DNA of 64,000 nucleotides, taken from Phaeosaccion multiseriatum. Its lineage: Eukaryota > Protista > Ochrophyta, other classes. The stretch is from assembly GCA_965112735.1 (NCBI GenBank), contig OZ218950.1:3658001-3722000 (forward strand). Reading direction: 5' to 3'. The position numbers and the translations under genes were made by a program. The first letter of the stretch is position 1. Each line of letters begins with the position of its first letter. The notes beneath the pieces were generated by a model. It was not told the origin of the DNA and did not search any database. It was given only the letters and a program-made list of their open reading frames with translations. Below are positions 17,801 to 30,231 of this stretch, in pieces.

Positions 17801-20800
17801 AGGCCAGTCCTAGGGAGGGAGGGAGATAGAGGAGGGAGGAGGAGACCGCGGGTGGTGGGTGGGTGGACGCGATACAACGAACAAGCTCCATTCTGGTGCG
17901 AATCTTTGAGGAGAAGCGAAAGAACGAAAAGGGCGCGCTCCGTTTATCGTGGTTTGTGAGCAACAAACAAGAGAATGGTTGTGGACGCTGCGAAATACCT
18001 ATGTGCCCCTTCCTTCCTTTCTTCCCTAGTCACCTTACTTAACATTAACCTTACTTAACCTTGACCTAACTAAAGGTACTGGAGGAGCGCATCATGAGCG
18101 AGCAGGTGAAGTTCGACGACGACGTGTGGCAAAACATGCCCCTTGCCGTGGACATGCTCCGGAAGATCTTCGTCAAAGACAAGAACGACAGGTTGGTGGA
18201 GGTGTCAGGATAGTGGATGGGTGGGTGAGTGGGCGGGTGGGTGCATGGGTGGTGCCCAGAGGGGGGTAGACGTATGTGTGTGGAGGGGATGCCATTAGCG
18301 CGGCTGTCTTCTTCAACAAGGAGCCCAAACTCAACCCCTCCCCCTCCCCCCCCTCCTCTCTCTGCACGGCACTGCACTGCACTATATACAGACTCTCTGC
18401 CCAGGAGCTCCTGGCGCACCCCTGGCACTCTCGCACGGCCAAGCTGAGCACCTCCACGGACAGCACGTCCAAGGAGGCCTTTCAGAGGTTCTACAAGGGC
18501 AGGCAGCAGCTCAAGGTGGGGGCTTGCGTGTGTGCGTGCATTTGTGTGTTTGTGTCGTCGTCGTCACTGCCTGCCACACACACGCCACCCGCCCGACGAG
18601 CTCCCTCCCTGCACACAACTCGCCCTAACTCCTCCCCCCCTCTCTCCCTCCCCCTTAAATTAAAGGCTTGTATGCTGTCTGTGATGACGGGCCTCGCTCT
18701 GGATGACCAACTGGACAACACCACAAATAACAAGAACCACAACAGCAATAAGGAAGGAGTCATGGCGGTGGGCGGGGACGGAGACGACGTGGAGGCAGAG
18801 ATGGAGATGCTCCGCACGGGCGACAAGGCCATTGGGTCACGAGGAGTGGCCGCCAAGATGATCGACATGGATGGCAAAGGGTACGTGTGTGCGCGCGCGC
18901 GTGGGGTGCGCATTGGTACTTGATTTCCGGGTCGTGAGTGAGTGAATGACTTTACTCCTCACTCACTCACTCCTCACTGACTCACCCACTCACCGGCTCC
19001 CTCCCTCCCTCCCCCTCTATTACAGTTACATCGTTGCGGAGGACCTGATCGAGGTGATGGCCCGCATGGGCGAGTCTATCTCGCTCGCAGATGCCCAGGC
19101 CATGATGAAGGCCGCGGATGGGGACGTCACCACGTGCCCAGACCGCCTCTCTTACGCCGACATGACCCGCTTGGTGCCTCCGCTCTGCCCTGCACGGGTG
19201 TTCAAGCCTGGGGAGGTGCGCACTTTGTACTTACTACTGTTGTCGTACCAATACCCTTACCTTACAGTACCGTCTTGGATTTGCTCTGCCCCCCTTTTCT
19301 TCTGCCTGTTGTGGCTGGAAGGAAGGAAGGAAGGAAGAAGTCCGTTGCGTCCGTCTGAATTTTGCTCCTGCTGCTTCTCTCCGGTCGCCTCGTGTCCCAC
19401 CCGCCGTCTCGACTACTCTTGCCTCCCTCCCTCCCTCCCTCACTTCCTCTCAACCTGCTTACCTCGCCATGCGCCTACCTGCCTGCCTGCTTGCCTCGCC
19501 TCGCTTGGTTTGGCTCAGGTGATATATGAGGAGGGTGAAAGCGATCCCAACATTTATCTCGTCAAGAAGGGCGCAGTCGAGTTTGGTCTTGAGGTACCCA
19601 ATCAGAGCTTCCTCAAGCTTCAGGTGGGATAGAGTATTGAGCAAGGGAAGGATGGTAGAGGGTGACAGAGAATGGCAAAGAATGGCACGGGAAGGGAGAG
19701 TTCAGGCTGTGCCGTCATCTAATTCCATCCACCTTACGAGATCGCTTCGTTTCCATTCCTCATATGCTCCATTCACCGTATCCTGCCGTGCCCTGCTCTG
19801 CCCTCCTCTGGGGTCTCTCTTGCTTTCTCTCTCTTTATCCCCCCTCTGACCTCCACCTCCCCCCTCTCGCTCGCTCGCTCCCTCTCTCACGCCCTCCCCT
19901 CCTCTTCCTCCCTCCCCTCCCCTCCTCCCTCCCTTCCTCCTCAGGGCCTACCGCATGGCGCCTCCTTCGGCGAGGTGGAGCTGCTCATGGGCGACAAGGG
20001 CCACCCTGCCCCCCGCGTGTGTAAGTGCACTTGTGCCAAGACCTGGAGGGGCCACCCCGTTCAGGGCTGCGAATTGCTCGCAGTCACGAGCAGCCTCTTC
20101 TCGCTGCTCCGGTGGTTCCCCAATGTTGATGCCAAGCTCAACGCGCAGGTGAGGGAGGGGTGGAGAGAGTGTTTTTTGGGGTGGGGGGGGGGGGAAGCGG
20201 GTTGGAGTAGGAGAGAAGGGTGGGCGGGTGAGTAGGAGGACAGTGTGGAAGGTTGAAAGGTTTAAGAGAGAGAGACTGAGACCTAGGGGAGAGCTTTCTG
20301 AGATAGAGAAAGGCGAAGTGAAAGGAACCCCAACGCTCCTCGTACCATGTACTCATTCAGGCCGACGTGCGGTTACGTCAGCTCACTTCCGAACTGCTGC
20401 TGCACGGCGTAGGGGGGGGAGAAGGCGAAGCCATTACATTAAGTCCCGGGCAAGTTGTGTATCAAAGAGGGGAGAAGGAGGAGGGGGAGGAGTTTGTGTT
20501 GGTGGTTGCGTCGGGGCAAGTGACGGCGGATCTGGAGAGCGCCCCGGGTCAGGGCGTCGAGACCAAGAGGAGGAGGAGAACGGTGCTGCACAGGGGAGAC
20601 TTTTGCCTGTGCGGCGAGGGCTTTCGGTAAGTCAGAGACAGCCAGACTGTGTGAGAGGCCACAGACGAGGAGGGCTGTCTTTGCGGCCTGCCTGACCTCA
20701 ACAGGGCCAGCTCCGCAGCGGGCTTTTAGGCCTCCCTCCTTTGCTTTGTCCCTCCCCAACCTGCAACCCGTACCCAAGCTCCTCTAACCTCCTTTCCTCT

Positions 20801-21023
20801 CTCCGCTTGCATGCATAGGGAGTTTGGTAGCAAGGTGGAGGTGGCGTGTAAGGCGGTGAGTGACGGGCCGGCCAAGGTGTTGCGACTGCCCAAGAGGGAG
20901 GTCATGGGGCTCTTCAATAAGAGGAACTTGTCCTTCATCCGAGAAAGAGTGCTCACCACCGCTTCCGCTGAGGGTGGAAGCGAGGCAAAGGAACCATCAA
21001 AGGAGGACAAAGCTTTGGGGTGA
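14605..21023 (+). CDS. CAMK-group Ser/Thr kinase with EF-hands and two cNMP-binding-like domains; N-terminal presequence and TM segment
   Basis: Spliced exons give LGEGSFGTV, VAVKRI, HGDIKPE|N, LADFG, YSAPE and GDIWALG. They also give an EF-hand (DMDGKG|YIVAEDL) and cNMP-like segments (FKPGE|VIYEEGE...YLVKKGAVEF...FGEVELL; LSPGQVVYQRGE...GDF). Confidence 0.87.
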
Positions 21024-21940
21024 GTGGGGGGGGCGACAGTAGCCTTCGAGGGGCAGCAGCAGCAGCAGCGGCCAGTAGAGTAGAGGCAGGCAGCAGTAGT
21101 TAGAGCGGTACATGTAGGGCAAGTAGCAGCGGTATAGACCTACGGCCGATGCAAGCAGCAGCAGCAGCAGGATAGAGGAAGGATGGGAGGGCACCGGGAT
21201 GGCGGCCTCTGATATTTTTATTTCACAAAATGAATCAAGAGGGGAGAGGCCAGTAAAGGCAGTACAATTGACCCCAAGATTAATTTATGATTGAAATTAA
21301 AGGTCCAGCGCGGCATTTGAGGACAGCCTTGGGGCAGGGGTGAAGGCTCGTGAAGAGAAGAGGAGGGCCCATTCGCCGCCCCCAAAGGTGCCCGACTTTC
21401 GAGACCAAGAAAAGTCGCAAATGGCCTGCTTCGGTACTGCTGCTGCGGTATTGCCTCTTCTCTTTGTGTTACCCTTGCGCTCGTCCGGTAAACACGTACA
21501 CGTGAGCATGAGTGGCGATGGACATGGAGTCACACAGCCCTTCTTCCTCCTCGGCCGATCGGAGTTCATGCAGCCAATCCTGCCTCCTCTCTAGTCTTGC
21601 AGCCACACGGCAAGCACTCAGGGCGGGACCCGTGGGCGTTGCGTGCCTCCCACTGCGAGGGCGGAAACCGGCGAGGTCTTTGGGCCGCATGCAGGGGCGC
21701 CTCGGGGAAGAGTGGCGACAAGCGAGGCTCCGCAAAGATGGCCAGACTTCGGCGCACACCGGGTAAGTAGGCACCAGCAAGGAGCTAAGCAGCGCGCAAG
21801 CGTCTCGAGACTGGCACACTCTCGTCATTCAGCGAAGCGTCGCCCACGTGCTGCCGCCGAATGAGTGTGCCGCACACGCTTGTCTTCACGATGCCTTGAC
21901 AAGACAAGGACGTGGCTTGTTTGCATCATCGGGACACTGC

Positions 21941-22774
21941 TCACGTTTGGGCTTGCGCCTTTGCCTTTGCTTGTGCCGTGGCCTGTGCAATAAGCTTGAC
22001 GCGCATCATGGCGTGCATGCTTGCAATCCCGTCGGTGCAGAGTTCGACTGCCCTGCTCACAGTGCTGCTGCTCATGCCTCCTCTCAGCCACCACTGTGTC
22101 ACCTCCCGAGTGGAGGGCATCATGGCCACCGTCATGGTGCCGCTGCCGGCCCTCTCCTCCTCTCGGTTGGGGTCCATCATGACTAGTACATCCTCCTCCC
22201 CCTCATTCTCAGTGCCACCCATAGAGCCGACGGAGCAAGCTGCGACAAGGTCGAAGAGCTCTATTCCTGCGCTCGCCAGGGCCAGCGAGGCGCACGTGGT
22301 GGCCGCGCCCAGCTCGCCGCCGTCCGACTGCAGGATGATGACATAGATGTCCACCATCATCTTGGTGAGACGCTGCAGCTGCACCGAGGCAGACAGGGTC
22401 TGTCGCAGCAAGGCGGACATTTCCCGCTCGTCGTCGTCAAAGCCCTTGCTGTCTCGCCTTTGCCCGCCTTGTGCAAAGGGTGCGAAGCGCACATCGCACC
22501 TCAGCTGCCCCTCCTCGCTGAAGGCGCCTCCTCCCCTGCGATCTGCCCGCGGCCCGTACACGGCGCAAATCACCTTCGTGTGGTTGAGCTCCAGGTACGC
22601 AGACCCGGTGGCGCCCGCCGTCACCCCCGTCTCCATAAATACTTGGCGCAGGTCGAAGGCCCCTCGACCATCGCTGCGTTGCTCCTTCCTCTTGGATCCC
22701 TTCTCCGCCGCGGCTTCCTCCTCACGCCCTTCCCCCTCTTCTCGCTCCTCCGTGGGGAAGTAGCAGTTCTGCAT
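21941..22774 (-). CDS. EXOSC6: RNA exosome RNase PH-like subunit, most like MTR3/EXOSC6 (intronless)
   Basis: RSDGR, GSAYLELNHTKVICAVYGPR, LRCDVRFAPFA and DGGELGAATTCASLALASAGIELFDLV. The paralogue assignment (versus RRP41) is by recalled motif similarity. Confidence 0.8.
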   Translation of the reverse strand: MQNCYFPTEEREEGEGREEEAAAEKGSKRKEQRSDGRGAFDLRQVFMETGVTAGATGSAYLELNHTKVICAVYGPRADRRGGGAFSEEGQLRCDVRFAPFAQGGQRRDSKGFDDDEREMSALLRQTLSASVQLQRLTKMMVDIYVIILQSDGGELGAATTCASLALASAGIELFDLVAACSVGSMGGTENEGEEDVLVMMDPNREEERAGSGTMTVAMMPSTREVTQWWLRGGMSSSTVSRAVELCTDGIASMHAMMRVKLIAQATAQAKAKAQAQT

Positions 22775-23042
22775 AGCCCTGGCTGCTTGCTCTCTTTCCT
22801 GGATCTAGCAGGGGAGATCGGAAAAGAAAAAACGAGCTGAAACTGCGAGGTCGGGCAGTTGAGGTGATCGATTGCGAGCAAGGGGTGAAAAGCAGAACAG
22901 AAAAGCCCGTTTCTCGTGACTGGGTCTAAGCCCCCCCTTCAGTCGATGACCCGTACACAGAGTCTGAGCGGGTCATCAGCGAGCTTTCCTTGTGCGAAGG
23001 CTCTGCGCAGCAATGGGGGGCGAGGGAAGTCGCTTATCCGGC

Positions 23043-26000
23043 ATGCACAGTATCCCCAGCAAAAAGGAGCTGAAAAAGCAGATGCAGCAGCAATTCATGC
23101 AGCGACAGGCCGAGCTGAATGTTGGGAACCGGGGCAGCGGCCCCCATAAAGTTGTCAACCCCTCCCCTCCTCGCTTGAGTTGTTGCAGCGGCTGGTTGGA
23201 GCTGCTGGCCAACATGTCGCCGGAGAGCGTGGAGAAGCTGCTCCCCAAGCTGCTGGAACACAAGACGGAAGGAGGGTACTGGATGTACGCACTGGACCAG
23301 CCCGCGGTGGTGGCCATTTTGGGAGACTTTCTCAACGAAGCCGCTCGCAAGACTTCGCCTCGAGTTCTGGAGGTGACTGGTTTTCGGGCGCGGGGCAGAG
23401 AGAATGGAGAAGGCGATGGCCACGGAGGAAGGAAGGGGAGAGGCAAATTGACAAGGGTTCGACCGAGGGCGGTGGGCCTTGGCCTTGACCAACCAGTGGC
23501 AGCAGCACAAGCACAGGTACAACAAGGGGTGAGAGATGGGGAGGACGGGACGCCGACGCTACCCGAGTGCAAAGAAGAAGGGGGTGCCGGCGGTCCAAGA
23601 CGGCAGGAGAAGGACGGATGTCTCCCAAATATAGAGGACGCACCGCCAGTCCAACAAGGGTCCTCACCAAGGGGGGAAGAAGGCCATGCAGCAGCTGTAC
23701 AATGCAAAGCGGGGCAGGCCACCGAGGGAAGTCGAAGAGACGTGCAAGACGGGGAAGAAGCAGCAGTTGAAGGGAAAGGAGATGAGGCTCCTCTTGTGCA
23801 GAGCCCCCGAGGTGTAGGAGATGGGCCAGACTCGGGCATAGCAGTGGGGGCTACAGCTCATTTACAACCACGAAGCGTCGCAGTGGGGGCTACTGCTCAT
23901 TTGCATTCAAGCCCAGCACCATCCTCGGCAGCAGCAGCAGCAGCAGGATCAGAGCCTCCCCTCGTACCGACCCCGCCAGCTTCGGTAGACGCCGCCACGA
24001 GTGGGGCCCCGGGGCCGAGTGCTGCCGTGGACTCTTCCTCCTCCTCCTCGTCGTCTTGTTCATCGCTCGCCGAGAAGCTCTTCCAACGGTTCGATGCCAA
24101 GGGGCGTGGAAGGGTCAACGCCCTCGAGATTGTGGCGGCCCTCTTTCTGCTGGCGGGGGAGGGGCGTCCCTTCCAGATGGCCGAGGCTGCGAGGGAGGAT
24201 CCTGCTCTGAGGGGTCACCTCCGCCGCTTGGTGGCTCTGTTTGACTTTGACGGCGGCGGGGCGCTCAACGAAGTGGCTGTGGAGGCCATGTGGGAGTGCG
24301 CCGTGCGCGGTCTCAGCAGGTTGTGCGGAGTGGCCCTGGCGGAGGATCTCAACGACGAGTTGGCTCTGCTGGTGCAGCAGCTCTTCAGGGTGAGTGAGGG
24401 AGGGAGGAGTTGGGGTGTTGTAGGTTAGTTGTACGTTTGTGAGGGGGGCAGTGAGGGAATTGGGTGTTGTTGTGTGAGCGAATGCGTGAGTGAGAGCGTG
24501 CGTGAGTGAGTGAGCGCATGAGCGCGAGAGGGGATGGGTGCGTACGTGCAGCGAGACTGACTGAGGTAGTGAGTGAGCAGAGTGAGTGAGCAGAGTGGTT
24601 GAGGGAATTGAGTGAGTGAATGAGTGCGTAAAGGTGAGTGTGCGCGAGTCAGGCTGACGGATTGAAAACTGAAATAACTGAAGGCTTGCGCCGATCTTGC
24701 CGGTGCGGATGGGAGGACAAAGGGGAAGTGATCTCATCACAGTGATGTCTTCTAGCTGACAAATGTGTCCTTTTTTGTCGTTCTCTTGCCCTCCTCCATA
24801 TCTCCCCTCGCGCATGTGTCTGTCCCGGCCCCCCCCCCCCCTTTGCACCCCCACCAAAAGGAAACCAAGCATGTATACGGAGTCGATAGCATCGCATCCT
24901 CCATCCTCGTGGAGTGGATGCTCACGAACCCCTTTGTGCGCAGCTGCCTCCTGCACTTTACACACGCTCGCCTCATTGTGTCCGCCCAGCTCGAGTTTCA
25001 GAGACGCATGCAGGAGGCGGCGTCGCTCTTCCACACGGCCACGAAGGAGGAGGGGGGCGAGGTCAGCTTCCAACGCGTCCGTCAGATCCTTCTGCAGCTC
25101 GAGACACATTCGCCGCGGAACGAAGACATGGACACCTTCCTCACGGTATGGTGGTGTCACATGGAAATGGACATGGAACCGGAATGGATGGGGTGGGGTA
25201 GGGGAGTGGGATGGGTGAGATGGGTGGATTGATTGGATGGATGGATGGGTGGGTGGGTGGCGTGGGTGGCGTGGCGTGGATGGGTGGGATGGGTGGGGAA
25301 GGGTGGGTGGCGTGGATGGGTGGGATGTGATGGATGAGATGGATGGGATGAACGGGTAGGCGGGTGGGTGGGTGCTATCCTTACCACGACGCCGTGGGGC
25401 CCACGTCACGTCTTTTCGCTATATGCTGTCACGACCCTCTATCTGGCCATGCCTCCCCCCCTGCCTGTGGCATCACTACCTTGCCTCATCTGACCCTCCC
25501 TCGGACCCTCTCTCCACTGCCTCAGCCTCTGCCTTTGCCCCTGCCTGTGTGCGTGCCTCCCTCTGACCCTCTCTCTTCTGCTACTTTTGCGCTTGGCCTT
25601 TGCATCACCTCCATCCTCCTCTGCAGATGGTGGGTAGCTCGGACGAGCTGGGAGGTGACGATCTCATCTCGCAGAAGGAGTTCGACGGGGGCATATCTGC
25701 GTGGCTGAGCTACGGAGTACTCTCCGACACGGACGCCATTCACGCAGATTTGCGGTGCAGCGACGTCAAGGCCCTCTTGTGGCTAACCGAAGGTAAGGAG
25801 GGAGGGAGTGGGGCTCTCTTGCCGAGAGGGCTGACAGGGCCACGTGCGTGTTCGTCTTGGGCCGCGTTCTCTCCATCTCCTGTCGCTCCTCGCGCTCTCT
25901 CGCTCTCTTTCTCTCATTCGCCCTCCCTCTTTCTTTCTCCCCCCCCCCCCCCTCTAACCACCCGAATCCCGACCGTGACGGCACCGACACACACCGGCAC

Positions 26001-27290
26001 CAGGCACCAAGACCGCGGAGCCGTCTGACATTCTCGTGAAGCGGGCCGTGGATGAGATTGACCAAGACAAGAGTGGCACCATCTCCCGCGGGGAGTGGGT
26101 CCTCTACAGCTGCCACTTCAACCCCAACACGGGCAAGCTCTCCTTCGTCAACGACCTCTTGTCTCTATTTAACCAATACGACGACGACAACAGCGGAACC
26201 ATGACGGACATGGAGATGGCGCTGCTGGTGGAGAATGCCCTCAACGAAAAGGTTCAGGAGCTCGCGGTCAAAGGATTTGAAGTGCGTAAGGGCTTCGCGG
26301 TGATCCTCGAGCAATTCGCCAAGGACACGAGCCTCACGCTCCTGTCGGTCATGGACGCGAGTCGGACGGGCACCGTGCAGTGGAGCGAGGTGAGGAGTGA
26401 AGGAGGAGCTCAATATCCCGTTTGCGTAAAAATCGCCCAAATCGCCCGATTTCCGGCGAAAAACAGTTTTCGCGCATTTGCAGAGAAATGACGCTGGGAG
26501 AAGCGCTATAGCTCTTCGTGTAGCTCTTTGAGATGCCTACCGATACATAGTCTTTCGGCTTTCATCGCCTCTTCCCTTCCGTAGTTGTCAGCATTTCCGC
26601 AGCAGCACCCCCTTCCCGCGGGGGGGAGAAGGGGGATGTGCACGCCACGGAAATCGCTCATGGGCAGCTTGCCCGCCCTTCTGCAAGAGAACAGGCGCAG
26701 CGCTATGGCAGCTAGCCACAGTGGAGCAGCAGCAGGACCCTTGGCAAGCCTGGTGCGATTTCCGTGACGTGCACATCCCCCGTCCCCCCCCCCGCGGGAA
26801 GGGGGTGCTGCTGCGGAAATGCTGACAACTACGGAAGGGAAGAGGCGTTGAAAGCCGAAAGACTATGTGTCGGTAGGCATCTCAAAGAGCTACACGAAGA
26901 GCTATAGCACTCCTCCCAGCGTCATTTCTCTGCAAATGCGCGAAAACTGTTTTTCTATAAATTTGGGCGATTTTTACGCAAACGGAGTGTTAAAAACGTT
27001 TGCACTAGCTAGTTCAACTCACCTCCCCCCTGCGCGTGCCCTTCCCTCCCTCCTGTTATGGTGCGTGCGCGCCGCAGTTCAAGGCACATCAGGCGTTCCT
27101 GGTTCAGAAGCTGAGCGACTTGCACCAGTACGTGGAGGAGGTGGCGGTGGAGAGGGTGCCCTCCTCGAGCTCGAGCAGCAATGGCCACAGCAGCAGCAGC
27201 AGCAGGAAGAGGGGCAAGAAGGGAGGGCTCGGGGACAGGAGGAAGCTCACCGTCAAGCTTGGCCCCAAGCAGCGCCTCTTGAAGCTCTGA
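23043..27290 (+). CDS. Large multi-EF-hand calcium-binding protein (multi-exon)
   Basis: EF loops FDAKGRGRVNALE, FDFDGGGALNE, IDQDKSGTISRGE, YDDDNSGTMTDME and MDASRTGTVQWSE. The last exon 27078-27290 ends in TGA. Head-to-head with the exosome gene (~270 bp). Confidence 0.75.
26418..26985. mobile_element. MITE / foldback element with ~240-bp terminal inverted repeats, inside the last intron of the EF-hand gene
   Basis: CCGTTTGCGTAAAAATCGCCCAAAT... at 26418 is the reverse complement of ...ATTTGGGCGATTTTTACGCAAACGG ending at 26985. The arms match with few mismatches up to a ~95-bp spacer. No coding capacity. Confidence 0.85.
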
Positions 27291-27559
27291 GGGTTTGGGT
27301 TTGGACTGCTACGAGTATGCGGACGGTGTTGGCTTTGCCGCAGATCCCTAATTTACTTGTTATTACTACAAACACACTTAAATACAAAAGAAACATACAT
27401 GTAGTCTTTATTTGCAGGTATATACAGACATATGGACAGGAGAGAGACCACGTCTCTGGCGCCCCCCGCGAGACACTGTCTTGCTCGTGGCGCTTGGGTA
27501 TCGCGTGCAGCCTGGCGAGGGTCGAGGACGACCACAAAGGGAGACAGACCTCCCCCCTT

Positions 27560-28030
27560 CGGCTGTGCTGACACTCTGACACTCGCTCCCCCCTCTGCTG
27601 CGTGGAACACCCGCCGGTTGTGTGTGACACTCTCTTCCCCTCCTGGCTGGCTGTATGCAACACTCGCTCCTCCAACCACCCTGCTGTGTGCCACACTCAC
27701 TGGCTGGCTGCGCGTAACACTCGAGGGCCATTCACGGGGTGTGTGCGACACTTTCTTTCCCCCCCTGCTTTGTGCAGCACTCGCTTCTGCCCTGTGGCTG
27801 TGTGTGCGAGACTCGCTTCTCCGCTAGGTACGTGTTACCCTCGCCCCGACCCCTGCTCTGGGTGACACTCGCTTCTGCCCTGTGGCTGTGTGTGATACTC
27901 ACTCCCCCACCCTTCGGCGTGCGACGCTCGCTTCTCCCCACTCGCTCCCCTCCCCTGGTTCTGTGGGACACTCGCTCTCCCACCCTGCTGTATGGGACAC
28001 TCCCTCCCCCCCCCCCTGTTTGTGACCCTG
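27560..28030. repeat. Degenerate minisatellite (~30-40-bp units, core GACACTCGCT...CCCTG...TGTG)
   Basis: About a dozen ACACTC(G)C-initiated units, including two near-identical ACTCGCTTCTGCCCTGTGGCTGTGTGTG copies. Confidence 0.5.
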
Positions 28031-28168
28031 TCTGGCTTCGCCCAAACGCGCACGTGCCTTTCGTCCCCCTACAAGAGAATGCCCAGCACCAGACGCGAGG
28101 GGCCTGTCCCTTGCAACTCAAGTCTCCCCCCCCCCGAGCGGCGGAATTGGCGCTGACAAGGCCTTATC

Positions 28169-29266
28169 TCACACCCGCCTTCTGCAGCTCTGACTGGGTG
28201 TCAGGTCACCCCAGAGGAAGGACCACTCGCAGAGGTCGGCGGGCTGGCACCTGTCCACCCCCAGCAAAACGACAGAAAGAAAAAAATGGAATGGTGTCAG
28301 GACCTCAATCCGTCAGTCGCCGACACGTCCCTCACCAACCTTTGCGTTCGGAAGGAGAAGGTGCACTCATCGTCTGTGGGCCGAGCAATGGCGCGGTAGC
28401 CCTCCACCCCCAGCGTGCCGAGTCGGCCCATCATCTGCTTGAGTCTCACCAAGAGGGCCGTGTCGCTGGCATGCACTCTGCCCTCACAGGTAGGGTCCCT
28501 TTGCCACTCGGGCACCAGGCGGCACGCCCGCGAGGGCCGGTAGTCGCCAAGCTAGACGCGGGAGGGAGGGACATGTAGTTAGCAAGAGGCCACAGGCAAC
28601 AAGACGATGAGGAGGAGTGGAGAATGGGCCCACGTGTTGAGAGGATCCGCGGCCGAGGGGAAAAAAAAGAGGCAACCCTTTCTCTTTCACCTTGACATCC
28701 ATCCTGCACATGCACTTGGGTTCGCAGCGCCCCCGGGTCCACGCGAATGCACACTCCGAGTCCGTCCCCGGCGTGAGCGAAAACGCAAAGTCCTTGCCCT
28801 GCTCGAAGAGCACCTCGAGGAGGGAGTCGTTGTAGTCGTCGTCGTCGTCTTCCCCCGCCTCCGCCCCTGCCGGCTCGTCAGGAGGCAAGAATGACATTTT
28901 CTCGTGCAGTGCCGCATTGAGGTCACGCTCCATCTGCGCCACTCGGTCCTCAAAGCTCTGCGGGTGCCGCTCTGTCCCCTGCTCCTCTTGCCCCTCCTCA
29001 AGGAATGCTGTTGCCTGTTCCTCCTCTCGTGGTCGCGGCTGAGCCTCGGCTGGTTTCTCTGTCCCCTCTTCCGTTCCCTCCGGTTCCGCCGGTTCCTCCA
29101 CGTCTACGGGCTTTGCCTCCGCTCCGTCTGGACCGACATTTGGGACAGCTCCGGAGGAGCCTTCCTCCGGAGCAGCAGCTCCTACTACTGCGGCTCCGCG
29201 ACCCCGCAGATTCGTTGAGAGGAGGATCCCGTGCAATAGCAGCAGCAGCAGAAGCCCCCAGGACAT
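28169..29266 (-). CDS. Secreted protein with two copies of a ~37-aa four/five-Cys domain (3 exons)
   Basis: Signal-peptide-like MSWGLLLLLLLHGILL. Splicing gives TDSECAFAWTRGRCEPKCMCRMDVKLGDYRPSRACR and TDDECTFSFRTQRCQPADLCEWSFLWGDLTPSQSCR. Stop TGA at 28169-28171. Confidence 0.7.
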
Positions 29267-29389
29267 GGAAATTTGAAGGACTGAAAGATGTGGCTGTTGG
29301 TGCTCCGCCCCCCCAACTGACGTATGCTCGTTTCGAGCCTTTTTTTTCGTGTCGAGACCAGCACGTATACGGGCTTATTATTAGTGTCG

Positions 29390-30215
29390 AGTGCCACAGC
29401 GCAAGGTGTGCTGTTCCAGCTGCGCCACTGCAACCTGCACGCTGAGAGCGTCCTTCTTGTGGCACAGACGCAGAACACCGAGGACGAGAAGCGGCGACTC
29501 AAGGGCGACATATTGCACTTGAGTCACCGCTTCTCGTCGTCTGTGTTACCGCTTCTGTGCCACAAGGACGCACAGAAGCAGAACACCGGGTCCTTGTGGC
29601 TCAGGGGCAGAACACCGAGGACGTCCTTGTGACACAGAAGCAGAGCACCGAGGACAAGAAGCGGCGACTCAAGCAAGGGCGACATAGCTATTGCACTTGA
29701 AGACAAGGGAGCAGTTTGAAGCCTTTGTGACGCAGGTGAGCAAGCCAGACGGTTGGAGCAACGAGGACACGCGGCACGTCCTGAACCTGTGGGACCAGTG
29801 CCCAAAGACGAACATTCGTACGCCGAAGGAGGCGCTCGACTTCAATCTGCAGCAAGTGAGCTGGTGCTTGTTGAGCTTTTTAGTTAGTTGACTGCCCTCG
29901 CTCAAACGATCGATCCCCTCCGCCCCTGCCCTTAACAACCCAGGACTCAGTCAAGCTGCTTCGGTGGTTGTACAAACGATTCCTATCGTCGCCGGAGGCG
30001 AAGGTCGCTCTCATCTTCGCCAATCGGCCCGACTAGTACCTGGTCAGTGGGAGAGCGCCTGGCTCAAAGGGGCATGAGGGAAAGAACCCCTACCTCCAGA
30101 TGTTCAAGTCGAAGGAAGGGCGCAAGACGTTGGCTGTCAACAACGGTATGTGGGGGGCGCCGATGGATGCTTTTCTTACAACAGGGCGGGCATGAATCTC
30201 AGAGATGAGCCGCCA
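29390..30215 (+). pseudogene. Degenerate partial copy of the USP-LAGLIDADG gene (exons 7-8 with their intron)
   Basis: Aligns by eye to ~45415-46030 (HCNLH...QNTEDEKRRLKGDI...DFNL, intron, DSVKLLRW...NNGM..ADG). It has a stop, indels and a small internal rearrangement at ~29520-29690. Confidence 0.85.
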
Positions 30216-30231
30216 ACGACTGAGTAGTACT

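Noticed and set aside
21297-21870. Short ORFs between the kinase and exosome genes
   Set aside because: No motifs or coherent gene model; they may be 3' UTR.
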